NCBI GenBank assembly: GCA_046723895.1
Contig: JBKOVL010000147.1
Location: 1-43,786 of the forward strand
Reading direction: 5' to 3'
Source: Actinomycetota bacterium
Lineage (GTDB): Bacteria > Actinomycetota > Thermoleophilia > Gaiellales > Gaiellaceae
Length of the DNA stretch: 43,786 nt
Position 1 is the first letter of the stretch. Each line of letters starts with the position of its first letter. The position numbers and the translations under genes were made by a program. Shown here in pieces: positions 7,452 to 16,751 of the stretch. The notes under the pieces are model-generated. The model was not told the origin of the DNA. It did no database searches and worked only from the letters and a program-made list of their open reading frames with translations.

Positions 7452-8495
7452 CTAGCCGGTCAGGAAGCGCCGCAGCGCCTCGTAGCAGCGCTCGAGCGAC
7501 GCGATCTCGACGCGCTCGTCCCGCCGGTGCGCGTACCGGGTTGCGCCCGGGCCGAAATTGACCGCGTCGAGCCCCTGGGCTGCGAATTCGGCGACGGGCG
7601 TCCACGCCTGCTTGGGCTCGATCGCCAGGCCGCCGAGATCCTGGAGCCGACGGACGAGCGGCGACTCGGCGGCGACGTGCGCCGGCGGAGAGTTCGACGT
7701 GATCTCGAGCTCTGAGGCGACGAGCTCGCGCAGCCGAGCCTCCGCCTGCTCGCGCGTCCGGTTCGGTGCGTAGCGGTAGTTGAGGCGCACCTCGACGGTA
7801 TCCGGGACTACGTTGTCCGCGACGCCGCCGCGGATTCGCGTCGCCGTCAGGACCTCGACGAAGGTCAGGCCCCCGACCTCGACCTCCAGCGGCGGGCAGG
7901 ACACGATCGGCGCGAGTCCCTCGACGGCGAGCGCGATCGCGTTCACGCCCTGCCAGGGGCGTGCGGAGTGGGCGCTTTCGCCGCGGAAGACGACCGTCGC
8001 GTTCAGGTTGCCGAGGCAGCCGGCGTGGATCTCGGTGTCGGTTGGTTCGAGCATGACGACGAGGTCCGAGTCGAGCACGAGCGGTGCCTCGGCAAAGACC
8101 CGAGGGAGCGCGCTCTCCTCAGCGGTGAGCTCCTCGCGGACGAAGAAGAGGAACGCGACGTCGCAGCCGAGCTCCGGCCCGGCCGCGGCCCAGTTCGCGA
8201 GCTCGATCATCACGGCGAGCCCGCCCTTCATGTCGCTGGCCCCTAGTCCTGCGACCCAGCCGTCCTCGATCTGCCCGGGGAGGTTGGATTGCTCGGGGAT
8301 GGTGTCGAGGTGGCCGGCGAGCAGCACGAGCGGGCGTCCGGAACGCTCCGCTGCGAAGAGCAGCGCCTCGTCGGTCGCATAGCCAAGCGGGAGCGACACC
8401 GCGCCGGCCACGTGCCGGAGGAGCGCCTGCTCACTCCGGCTCGGCGACGGGATGTTTACGAGTTCCAGCGTCCGGGCGGCGAGATCGGGAGCCAC
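7452..8495 (-). CDS. dapE: Succinyl-diaminopimelate desuccinylase (M20 family, actinobacterial DapE type)
   Basis: LVNIPSPSRSE, LLAGHLDTIP, GASDMKGGLAVM, FFVREE, and a C-terminal M20 pattern. It is the first gene of the dapE-dapC-dapD block. Confidence 0.82.
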   Translation of the reverse strand: MAPDLAARTLELVNIPSPSRSEQALLRHVAGAVSLPLGYATDEALLFAAERSGRPLVLLAGHLDTIPEQSNLPGQIEDGWVAGLGASDMKGGLAVMIELANWAAAGPELGCDVAFLFFVREELTAEESALPRVFAEAPLVLDSDLVVMLEPTDTEIHAGCLGNLNATVVFRGESAHSARPWQGVNAIALAVEGLAPIVSCPPLEVEVGGLTFVEVLTATRIRGGVADNVVPDTVEVRLNYRYAPNRTREQAEARLRELVASELEITSNSPPAHVAAESPLVRRLQDLGGLAIEPKQAWTPVAEFAAQGLDAVNFGPGATRYAHRRDERVEIASLERCYEALRRFLTG

Positions 8496-8541
8496 GGCGG
8501 TGAGGTTAGCCCGCCGTTCGCTGGTTGTTAGAAAGGACGCG

Positions 8542-8547
8542 TAGAAT
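8542..8547 (+). promoter_or_regulatory. Candidate -10 hexamer TAGAAT placed for a leaderless hflX transcript
   Basis: The sequence TAGAATcagcgcGTG has 6 nt between the hexamer and the hflX GTG at 8554. The divergent dapE/hflX gap is only 58 nt. No good -35 sits at 17-nt spacing. Confidence 0.3.
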
Positions 8548-8553
8548 CAGCGC

Positions 8554-9864
8554 GTGACCCAACGCCAGCCCGATCCCGCCCCCGGGGCGGATCCGGAGCG
8601 TGGGTTCGTCGTCGCCGTGCTGGGCAAGGGAGTCGATCCCGCGGAGGAGCTCGCGGAGATCCGCGAGCTCGCGCGCACGGCAGGCGTCGAGCCCGTCTTC
8701 GAGCTCGTCCAGAGCCGCTCTCGCCCGGACCCGCGCACCTACGTCGGCAAGGGGAAGCTCGAGGAGCTGAAACGCGCCTACGCGGAGTCGGGGGCAGAGT
8801 CGCTGCTCGTCGACGACGAGCTCGAGCCGTCCCAGCAGCGCCGCCTCGAGAACCTGCTCCAGGCCCGAGTCGTCGACCGCACGCAACTGATCCTCGACAT
8901 CTTTGCCCAGCACGCGCGCAGCGCCGAGGGCAAGCTCCAGGTCGAGCTCGCCCAGCTCGAGTACAACCTGCCGCGCATGCGGGGCATGTGGCAGCACCTC
9001 GAGCGGCTCGGCGGGGGCGTCGGCACCCGCGGCCCTGGGGAGTCGCAGCTCGAGACCGACCGCCGGCTCGCGCGTCGCCGCGTCTCGCTGCTCAAGGAGC
9101 GCCTGGAGGAGCTCGGCAGGCAGCGCGAGACGCGCCGTAAGCAGCGTCGGCGCTCGCAGACGCCGACGATCGCGCTCGCCGGCTACACGAACGTGGGCAA
9201 GTCGACGCTCCTGAACGCCATCACGGGCGCAGGCGCCTCGGTCGACGACCGCCTGTTCGAAACGCTCGACCCGACGACGCGTGGATTCGAGCACGAGGGC
9301 CGGCGTTACCTCGTCACCGACACGGTCGGCTTCATTCGTCGGCTCCCGCACCAGCTTGTCGAGGGCTTCGCCGCCACTCTCGAGGAGACGCTCGTCGCCG
9401 ACCTCGTTCTCCACGTCGCCGACGCCTCCGCGCCTGAGGACCGCCTGGAGGGCCAGCTCGCCGCCGTCAACGCGGTGCTCGAGGAGATCGGGGCGACCCA
9501 GCTGCCCGTCGAGCTCGTCCTGAACAAGATCGACGCGGTCGACTCGCTGCGTCGTCGGCGGCTCGCCAACCGTTTCCCGGAGGCGCTCCAGCTCTCCGCC
9601 CGGACCGGGGAGGGCCTGGACGCGCTGCAGGAGCGGATCGCGGAGCGCTTCGCCGACCGGTACGAGCTCGTCGAGCTGCTCGTCCCCTACGAGGACGGCG
9701 GGAAGCTCGCAGAGCTGTACGCGCTCGGCCCGCCGATCGAATCGCGTAGCGACCGGGCGGACGGGGTGTTGATCCGGGCGCGCCTGCCCGAGCGCGACGT
9801 GAGGCGTTTCGCGCGGTTCCTCGTCGCCGAGCCCCGCGGACGACGCGCCACGCCCGCGGCGTGA
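8554..9864 (+). CDS. hflX: GTPase HflX
   Basis: HflX N-domain (ELAEIRELARTAGVEPV, LILDIFAQHARSAEGKLQVELAQL), followed by G1 GYTNVGKST, DTVGF and NKID. Confidence 0.9.
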   Translation: MTQRQPDPAPGADPERGFVVAVLGKGVDPAEELAEIRELARTAGVEPVFELVQSRSRPDPRTYVGKGKLEELKRAYAESGAESLLVDDELEPSQQRRLENLLQARVVDRTQLILDIFAQHARSAEGKLQVELAQLEYNLPRMRGMWQHLERLGGGVGTRGPGESQLETDRRLARRRVSLLKERLEELGRQRETRRKQRRRSQTPTIALAGYTNVGKSTLLNAITGAGASVDDRLFETLDPTTRGFEHEGRRYLVTDTVGFIRRLPHQLVEGFAATLEETLVADLVLHVADASAPEDRLEGQLAAVNAVLEEIGATQLPVELVLNKIDAVDSLRRRRLANRFPEALQLSARTGEGLDALQERIAERFADRYELVELLVPYEDGGKLAELYALGPPIESRSDRADGVLIRARLPERDVRRFARFLVAEPRGRRATPAA

Positions 9865-10298
9865 TCGAAATACCCGTCACGCGGCTGCGGGACGACGCGG
9901 TTCTGCCGGCCCGCGCGTACCCCGGCGACGCGGGCCTCGATCTCGTCGCCTGCGAGCGCCACGAGCTCGGTCCGGGCAAGCGGGCCCTCGTCGGCACCGG
10001 GATTGCCGTCGCGATCCCGCCCGGCCACGCAGGCCTCGTCACCCCGCGGTCCGGGCTCGCCGCCGAGCACGGGATCACGATCGTGAACACGCCCGGCCTC
10101 GTCGATTCCGGGTATCGGGGCGAGCTTCGTGTCATTCTTCACAACACGGACCGGCAGTCAACTTTCGTCGTCGAGTCGGGCATGCGCATCGCCCAGCTCG
10201 TCGTGGTCGCCGTCCCGGAGGCGGGCCTGCGCGAGGTCGACGAGCTGCCGGCGAGCCTGCGAGGTGCCGGGGGCTTCGGCTCGTCAGGGAAGCGGTGA
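9861..10298 (+). CDS. dut: dUTP diphosphatase
   Basis: LPARAYPGDAGLDL, GLVDSGYRGEL and the C-terminal RGAGGFGSSG. GTG start overlaps the hflX stop (GTGA). Confidence 0.9.
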   Translation: MIEIPVTRLRDDAVLPARAYPGDAGLDLVACERHELGPGKRALVGTGIAVAIPPGHAGLVTPRSGLAAEHGITIVNTPGLVDSGYRGELRVILHNTDRQSTFVVESGMRIAQLVVVAVPEAGLREVDELPASLRGAGGFGSSGKR

Positions 10299-10750
10299 GC
10301 GTCGAGCCACGCATCCGCGTCTCCGCGCTCCTCCGGTGGCGCGACCGCATCCTCCTGTGCCGGCACGAGAAGCCGGGCAAGGAGTACTGGCTCCTGCCCG
10401 GCGGCGGGGTCAACTCGGGCGAGTCGCTCGTCGATGCGCTGCGCCGCGAGCTCGCGGAGGAGGTGGGCATCCACGACGTGCCGTTCGAGGGCCCGATCGC
10501 GATCGTCGACTCGATCGCGCCCGCCCAGAGCTTCGCGGCCAAGCATGTCGTCCACATCATCTTCTCGGGCGACCTCGGCGGGCGATCGCTCGAGGCCGTC
10601 ACCTCGGCCGACGCGGCCGTCCGCGGTCACCGGCTCTTCGGGCTCAACGAGCTGGAGGAGATCGTCGTGCACCCGCCGATCCAGCGTTTCCTCGCGCGCT
10701 GGCGGCCGGGCGATCCGATCGTGTACCTCGGACCATTGTGGGCGCCTTAA
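10295..10750 (+). CDS. NUDIX hydrolase
   Basis: The Nudix box GGGVNSGESLVDALRRELAEEVGI fits GX5EX7REUXEEXGU. GTG start overlaps the dut stop (GTGA). Confidence 0.85.
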   Translation: MSVEPRIRVSALLRWRDRILLCRHEKPGKEYWLLPGGGVNSGESLVDALRRELAEEVGIHDVPFEGPIAIVDSIAPAQSFAAKHVVHIIFSGDLGGRSLEAVTSADAAVRGHRLFGLNELEEIVVHPPIQRFLARWRPGDPIVYLGPLWAP

Positions 10751-10775
10751 CAGTGCCTGGCACTGTTAAGGCGCC
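10741..10775. terminator. Perfect 17-nt-arm inverted repeat (GGCGCCTTAACAGTGCC T GGCACTGTTAAGGCGCC), probable bidirectional factor-independent terminator
   Basis: It fills the 25-nt gap between the convergent NUDIX gene (TAA at 10748-10750, inside the left arm) and gatD (TGA at 10776-10778). No U-tract on either side. Confidence 0.5.
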
Positions 10776-11528
10776 TCAGTAGCGCCCCCCGCGAGCCTTC
10801 GCGCGCGCCGCTGAGGCCGCGTGCGCCTGCGCCTCCAGCGAGTCGTCGAGCGGCTCGAAGACCGGCGGCTCGCCGCTCGTGCGGTGCGCCGCCGCCTGCG
10901 CGAGGAGCCAGTCCGCGAGCCAGGGGTTGCGCGGCAGCAGCGGCCCGTGGAGATAGGTGCCGACCGCGCGGCCGACCCGGCAGCCCTCGTAGCCGCTTCG
11001 CCCGTCGTTGCCGAAGCCGGCCACGACGCGGCCGAGCGGCTCGGCCCCCTCGTCCAGGATCGTCCGCCCGGCGTGGTTCTCGAAGCCCGCGAGCGTGTGG
11101 CGCGCGCCGGGCTCGAGCTCGCACTCGAGCAGGACGTCGCCGATCATCCGCCGCTCGCCCGCGAAGGTTTCCAGCGGGAGCACTTCGGCGCCGGGGAGCT
11201 GGCCGCCGTACCGGTCCCGATAGAAGCGGCCAAAGAGCTGGTAACCCCCGCAGACGGCGAGCGCGGCGGCCCCACCGGCGACCGCCTCGCGCAACCCCTC
11301 GCCCTTCGCAGCGATGTCTGTCGCGATCAGCGCCTGCTCGCGATCCTGGCCACCGCCGACGTAGAGCAGATCCTGGTCGCCCGGCCGGATCGGCTCGCCG
11401 AGACCGATCGCGGCCACCTCTAGCTCGAGGCCGCGGGCTGCGGCCCGCCGCGCGAACACCGCCATGTTCCCGCGGTCGGCGTAGATGTTCAGGTAGTCCG
11501 GGTAGAGGTGGCCGACGCGAATCCTCAC
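10776..11528 (-). CDS. gatD: Lipid II isoglutaminyl synthase, glutaminase subunit GatD (CobB/CobQ-like type 1 glutamine amidotransferase)
   Basis: VRIRVGHLYPDYLNIYADRGN, the catalytic Cys block AVCGGYQL, and the His block GTYLHGPLLPRNP. GTG start at 11528 overlaps the murT stop (GTGA). The 786-aa ORF-track entry is a read-through. Confidence 0.85.
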   Translation of the reverse strand: MRIRVGHLYPDYLNIYADRGNMAVFARRAAARGLELEVAAIGLGEPIRPGDQDLLYVGGGQDREQALIATDIAAKGEGLREAVAGGAAALAVCGGYQLFGRFYRDRYGGQLPGAEVLPLETFAGERRMIGDVLLECELEPGARHTLAGFENHAGRTILDEGAEPLGRVVAGFGNDGRSGYEGCRVGRAVGTYLHGPLLPRNPWLADWLLAQAAAHRTSGEPPVFEPLDDSLEAQAHAASAARAKARGGRY

Positions 11529-12889
11529 GCCGCGCGCTCCCAGTACTGTGGCACGCTGCCGCGGCGGGCAAGCACGCGCCGGAGCGCGAGCATCGCGGTG
11601 TAGGTCGGCAGCACGGTCAGCTCGCCGCCGGCGGGCGTGAGCTCGAGCCCACGGTCGAGCGCGCGCTCCAGCCCGGGGACGACCTCGATCGCGCTCGCGG
11701 GCATGCCGCCGTACGTGCAACGCAATGCGAGCTCTGCGGCGCGCTCGCCGGTGACGACGAGCCGCTCGAGCCGCTCGAGCAGCGGCTCGAAGTCGACGTC
11801 CCAGATCCAGGAGACGTCGTGACCGTCGGCGATCGCGTCGTTCAGCGCGATCACGGCCATGTTCGGCCCCGCGTCGTCGACGAGGGTGCGGACGACCTCG
11901 TTTGCGCCGGCGGGGTTCTTGATCAGGAGGAGCAACACGGTTCGGTCGCCGACGGGGATCCGCTCGAAGCGCCCGAAGGCCGGCCGCGCGGCGGCGAGGC
12001 CCACTTCGATCGCGTCCAGGCCCGCCCCGAGCTCGCGGGCGAGCGCAGCCGCTGCGAGCGCGTTGTAGACGTTGTAGAGCCCCGGAAGCGCGATCCGAAC
12101 GCGCCGAGTCCCCTCCGGCGCGACGAGGTCGAACGACGCGGCCTCGAGCCCGTCGAGCTGAATCGCCCGCGCAGCGAGGACGAGGGCGGGACGACCGTGA
12201 CCGCAGGCGGGGCAGTGATAGTCCCCGAGGTGGCCGACATACGCCGCCGCGTAGGAATACGGCGTCCCGCAGCGGAGGCAGAACTTCGAGTCGGCGGCGT
12301 GCTGGAGGGAAGGCCGGGCCTGGGCCGGGTCGTCGAGCCCGAACGTGATCGCGCCCGGGCGCTCCGAGGCGAGATCGCCAACCTGCGGATCGTCCGCGTT
12401 CACGACCAGCGTGGAGCCCTGCGGAAGCTCCCGTACGGCCTCGCGCCAGCGTTCGGCGATTCGCTCCAGCTCGCCGTAGCGGTCGAGCTGATCGCGGAAG
12501 AGGTTGCCGAGGCAGACCGCCCGCGGCCGAATCCGACGGGCGACGTCCGGGAACGCGCCCTCGTCGACCTCGAAGATGCCGAGCTCGGCACCGTCCGCAG
12601 AAAGCAGGGTCGAGGCGACGCCGGACACGAGGTTCGCGCCGGAGCTGTTGTGCGCGACGCGCACGCGTGGGGAGAGGATGCCGGCGACAAGCGACGCGGT
12701 GGTCGTCTTCCCGTTGGTGGCCGAGACGAGGGCGGTTCCGAGCGGCAGCCGCGCCGCGAGCCTGGACACCGCACCGGGATCGATCGTGGCGAGCACCTTG
12801 CCGGGAATCGTCGTGCCGCCGCCGCGGCCCGCGAGGCGCGATAGGCGCCCGGCGAGTCGGGCGAGAGCCACTTCGGCGGCGAGCCGCAT
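11525..12889 (-). CDS. murT: Lipid II isoglutaminyl synthase, ligase subunit MurT (Mur ligase family with Cys4 ribbon and DUF1727-like C-terminus)
   Basis: SATNGKTTT (P-loop), CLRCGTPYSYAAAYVGHLGDYHCPACG (zinc ribbon), and a C-terminal WIWDVDFE block. Coupled to gatD. Confidence 0.85.
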   Translation of the reverse strand: MRLAAEVALARLAGRLSRLAGRGGGTTIPGKVLATIDPGAVSRLAARLPLGTALVSATNGKTTTASLVAGILSPRVRVAHNSSGANLVSGVASTLLSADGAELGIFEVDEGAFPDVARRIRPRAVCLGNLFRDQLDRYGELERIAERWREAVRELPQGSTLVVNADDPQVGDLASERPGAITFGLDDPAQARPSLQHAADSKFCLRCGTPYSYAAAYVGHLGDYHCPACGHGRPALVLAARAIQLDGLEAASFDLVAPEGTRRVRIALPGLYNVYNALAAAALARELGAGLDAIEVGLAAARPAFGRFERIPVGDRTVLLLLIKNPAGANEVVRTLVDDAGPNMAVIALNDAIADGHDVSWIWDVDFEPLLERLERLVVTGERAAELALRCTYGGMPASAIEVVPGLERALDRGLELTPAGGELTVLPTYTAMLALRRVLARRGSVPQYWERAA

Positions 12890-12979
12890 GCGGCCAGTCT
12901 AGATCCCGCCTCTCGATTCCTCGGCTAGCCCGGGTTTGCAGACTTTTCAACTCGCTCTGATCTAGTTGAACCAGGTTCT

Positions 12980-13007
12980 TTGCAAACGGCCCAGGACGCT
13001 CTATTCT
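12980..13007 (+). promoter_or_regulatory. Candidate sigma-70-type promoter TTGCAA-16 nt-TATTCT
   Basis: It lies in the lower-GC murT/repeat-protein divergent gap. The -10 element ends 8 nt before the GTG at 13016, which suggests a leaderless or near-leaderless start. This argues against the TTG at 12980 as the start codon. Confidence 0.35.
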
Positions 13008-13015
13008 GTTTGCCT

Positions 13016-13702
13016 GTGCCACGGAAGCGGCAGTATCGCGCGATCGCCAGCATCGACCCGGCCGAGCTCGCCGACTTCCAGTCGGGCCTGCGCCGGCGGT
13101 ACTCCGACGAGGACATCCTCGAGGAGCTGCGGGCATGCTCGGCCCGGCTCGGCCGGTCGCCGACGATGAAGGAGTTCGCCGACGATCCCGAGACGCGGGT
13201 CCATCCGCAGACGGTGATCGAGCACTTCGGCAGCTGGAACAAGGCCAAGCGGCAGGCGGGCCTGGTCCCTCGCCGCAACGCGACGCGCGGTGAGCTGATC
13301 GGCCAGCTCCAGGAGCTCGGCCGCCGGCTCGGCCGTGTTCCGACGGCCAGGGACGTCGACGCGAATCGGGGCTGGATGCCGTCGAAGTCGCTCTACTGGC
13401 ACACGTTCGGCTCGTTGACGAACGCGCTGCGGGAGGCGGGGTTCGACGTGCCGGTGGGGGAGGAGCGGCTGGAACGCGCGATCGACCAGGGTGCAGCGCT
13501 CGCGCGGCGGCTCGGGCGGCTGCCGAAGTTCAACGACTGGACGGACGCGCGGCGGAGCGACCCGGCGCTCCTGACCGAATGGCAGGTCTACCGCATGTTC
13601 GACGCCCGGCGCGGGGCGTGGTCGACATTCCAGTTCCTCGTCCGGCAGCGGCTGCGGGAGGAGAGGGCGGAGGTCGGCCGGGACGGCCGGCTCGAGGATT
13701 AG
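13016..13702 (+). CDS. Protein made of three homing-endonuclease-associated repeats, with no nuclease domain
   Basis: Three units of about 55 aa are visible: LEELRACSARLGRSPTMKEF...VIEHFGSWNKAKRQAGL; LIGQLQELGRRLGRVPTARDV...YWHTFGSLTNALREAGF; IDQGAALARRLGRLPKFNDW...MFDARRGAWSTFQFLV. An alternative TTG start at 12980 is what the ORF track uses. Confidence 0.6.
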   Translation: MPRKRQYRAIASIDPAELADFQSGLRRRYSDEDILEELRACSARLGRSPTMKEFADDPETRVHPQTVIEHFGSWNKAKRQAGLVPRRNATRGELIGQLQELGRRLGRVPTARDVDANRGWMPSKSLYWHTFGSLTNALREAGFDVPVGEERLERAIDQGAALARRLGRLPKFNDWTDARRSDPALLTEWQVYRMFDARRGAWSTFQFLVRQRLREERAEVGRDGRLED

Positions 13703-13732
13703 CCGCCCGCGAGCGCGGCACCGTCGCGGCGA

Positions 13733-14521
13733 TTATGCCGCGGCGATGACATCGAGGCGCTGGAGGCACGAGGCGCCCTCGTGCGGGGCGCGTACGGCCG
13801 GCAGCGGGTCCGGCTCATAGGTCCGGTCGGGCACGAAGTTCTCGACCCGCACTGAGCGGGCGCCCTTGATCGCGGCCAGCTTGCCCTCGTGCACCTCGCG
13901 CTTGCGCAGGCGCAGACCTGTGTAGCGCTCGGCGATCTCGAGCGCCTCGCATGTGGAGGCGAAGACGAGCTCTCCGCGGGTGGTGCCCACCCAGAGGGGT
14001 CGACCGATGCCCCGGGCGAGGTAGAGCAGGTCGGGGTGGCGCTCGTCGAGCCAGGCCGCGGCGATCGAGCCGCGGAACTCCTCGAACCCGGCGGACGTGC
14101 CGCCGTTCGCCTCGGCAACGGCGAAGATCACCTCGGAATCGACGCTCATCTCCGGCTCGGCGCGCTCGAAGCCGTGGCGGGCCATCAGCTCGTCGTCGTT
14201 CACCACAGTCCCGTTGTGGATGCCGACGACGGCGCCGTGGCGCACGGGGTGGTTGTTGGCCTCGATGTCGGGATGGCCCTTCGTGTAGTCACGCACGTGC
14301 AGAAGCACCTGGTGGGCGTCGGCGGGGATCTGGATCCGGTCGAGGACGGCACTCGCGCCGCTGCGCTGCTTGTGGAGGACGATCGGCGCTCCCGGCGAGC
14401 GGTGCGCATACCCGACTGCGTCCGCGCCGCGCTCGGCGATCGCCGCGAGCAGCGCCTGGGCCGCACGCGTCCGGTCGACGGTGCTCGTGCTCGCAAGGCT
14501 GTATCCGGCGATGCCGCACAT
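13733..14521 (-). CDS. Stand-alone class II (Ntn-type) glutamine amidotransferase domain protein, 262 aa
   Basis: The start was trimmed to give the N-terminus MCGIAGY, with the nucleophile Cys directly after Met as in GlmS, PurF and AsnB. NNHPVRHG and HNGTVVND blocks are present. No synthase domain follows. Confidence 0.75.
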   Translation of the reverse strand: MCGIAGYSLASTSTVDRTRAAQALLAAIAERGADAVGYAHRSPGAPIVLHKQRSGASAVLDRIQIPADAHQVLLHVRDYTKGHPDIEANNHPVRHGAVVGIHNGTVVNDDELMARHGFERAEPEMSVDSEVIFAVAEANGGTSAGFEEFRGSIAAAWLDERHPDLLYLARGIGRPLWVGTTRGELVFASTCEALEIAERYTGLRLRKREVHEGKLAAIKGARSVRVENFVPDRTYEPDPLPAVRAPHEGASCLQRLDVIAAA

Positions 14522-14657
14522 ACGAAAACCAGTCGGAGCCTGTCTGAGGTCAGGCACCGACGCTCCTACTTATCGTAGTCGGTTTTCCGAGGTCCCGGGT
14601 GGCGCAGTGCGTCACTCGAAAAAGGTCACCCCAATGGGGGACAGGCGGGAAGCGTAG

Positions 14658-15629
14658 ATGCCGATACCTTTTTCGGTGATGGAGCAGACTTCCACGAACA
14701 AAGCTGTCCTCGAAGCCGACCAGCCGAAACTCGAGCTCGTGCCGGCGCTCGACGAGCCGGACGCCGGGGCCGCGGAGCATCTCGACGCGCTCGACCGGCC
14801 GGCGGCGGTTCAGGATCCGCTCAAGCTCTACGTCCGCCAGATCGGCGGCGGCCGACTCCTGACGGCGGCGGAGGAACGCGAGCTTGCGCAACGCAAGGAC
14901 GAAGGGGACGAGGAGGCGAAGCGGAAGCTGGTCGAAGCAAACCTGCGCCTGGTCATGTCGATCACGCGCAACTACACGAAGGCCGGCGTCCCGCTGCTGG
15001 ACCTGATCCAGGAGGGGAACCTCGGACTGATCCGCGCGGTCGAGAAGTTCGACTGGCGAATGGGCTACAAGCTCTCGACCTATGCGACCTGGTGGATTCG
15101 CCAGGCGGTGACGAGAGCGCTGGCCAACCAGGGCCGCACGATTCGCCTGCCGGTTCACGTCGCCGACCAGGTGCGCAAGGTGATGCGCGCACGACGGATC
15201 CTCTCGCAGAAGCTGAATCGCGAGCCGGTGCTCCGCGAGCTCGCCGAGGAGAGCGGCTTCACCGAGGTGAAGGTCCGTGACCTGCTCCAGCTGATCGAGG
15301 ATCCGCTCAGCCTTGAGACACCGATCGGCGACGGCGAGAGCAGCTATGTCGACCTGATCGAGGACAACAACGCGGATCTGCCCGAGGAGACGACGGCGGA
15401 GGCGATGCGCTCCAGGGAGCTCGCGAACGCGCTCGCGCAGCTGACCCCGCGCATGCGGCTCGTCATCTCCCGCCGCTTCGGTCTCGAGGGCCAGGCACCG
15501 CAGACGCTGGAGCAGGTCGGCTCCGAGCTGGGCATCACGCGCGAGCGCGTCCGCCAGCTCGAGTCGAAGGCGCTGCGAGAGCTGCGCTCACAAGCGCCCG
15601 AGCTCTCCATGTATCTGCAGACGGCCTAG
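14658..15629 (+). CDS. RNA polymerase sigma factor, sigma-70 family, group 1/2 (primary-like, 323 aa)
   Basis: Region 1.2 ([11 protein letters not shown]), region 2 ([13 protein letters not shown]..., [43 protein letters not shown]), region 3, and region 4.2 ([21 protein letters not shown]). Confidence 0.85.
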   Translation: MPIPFSVMEQTSTNKAVLEADQPKLELVPALDEPDAGAAEHLDALDRPAAVQDPLKLYVRQIGGGRLLTAAEERELAQRKDEGDEEAKRKLVEANLRLVMSITRNYTKAGVPLLDLIQEGNLGLIRAVEKFDWRMGYKLSTYATWWIRQAVTRALANQGRTIRLPVHVADQVRKVMRARRILSQKLNREPVLRELAEESGFTEVKVRDLLQLIEDPLSLETPIGDGESSYVDLIEDNNADLPEETTAEAMRSRELANALAQLTPRMRLVISRRFGLEGQAPQTLEQVGSELGITRERVRQLESKALRELRSQAPELSMYLQTA

Positions 15630-15654
15630 CGCGTAGTGAGGAGCGGGACCTCGG

Positions 15655-16728
<1,074 letters not shown>

Positions 16729-16729
16729 C

Positions 16730-16751
16730 GCGGGTACGTGGATGTACCCGC
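16730..16751 (-). promoter_or_regulatory. 8-bp stem hairpin (GCGGGTAC-6 nt-GTACCCGC) ending 1 nt upstream of the rpoD AUG
   Basis: The mRNA sense reads GGGGGCGGGUACAUCCACGUACCCGCgAUGAUG. The stem occupies the position where a Shine-Dalgarno sequence would be expected. Confidence 0.4.

Noticed and set aside
5548-7605. ORF-track entries that fuse a real gene with upstream read-through: 5548..7605, 10776..13136, 17367..18395, 18008..18742, 24314..26404, 25384..26427, 26435..28087, 30919..32622, 36125..37432 and 39185..40390.
   Set aside because: Only the 3' part of each carries family motifs, and the 5' part overlaps the neighbouring real gene in another frame. I trimmed the starts to codons supported by canonical N-termini, SD sequences or 4-nt stop/start overlaps.
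10758-10775. TGGCAC inside the big palindrome, considered as a sigma-54 -24 element.
   Set aside because: The -12 position reads AGGC rather than TTGC. The site lies between two gene 3' ends, and this gene content gives no sign of a sigma-54 system.
12897-12964. CTAGATC (12899-12905) and GATCTAG (12958-12964), a short inverted pair in the murT-side intergenic region, considered as element termini.
   Set aside because: The match is only 7 nt. There are no target-site duplications or enclosed mobility gene, and a match this short is expected by chance in a lower-GC spacer.
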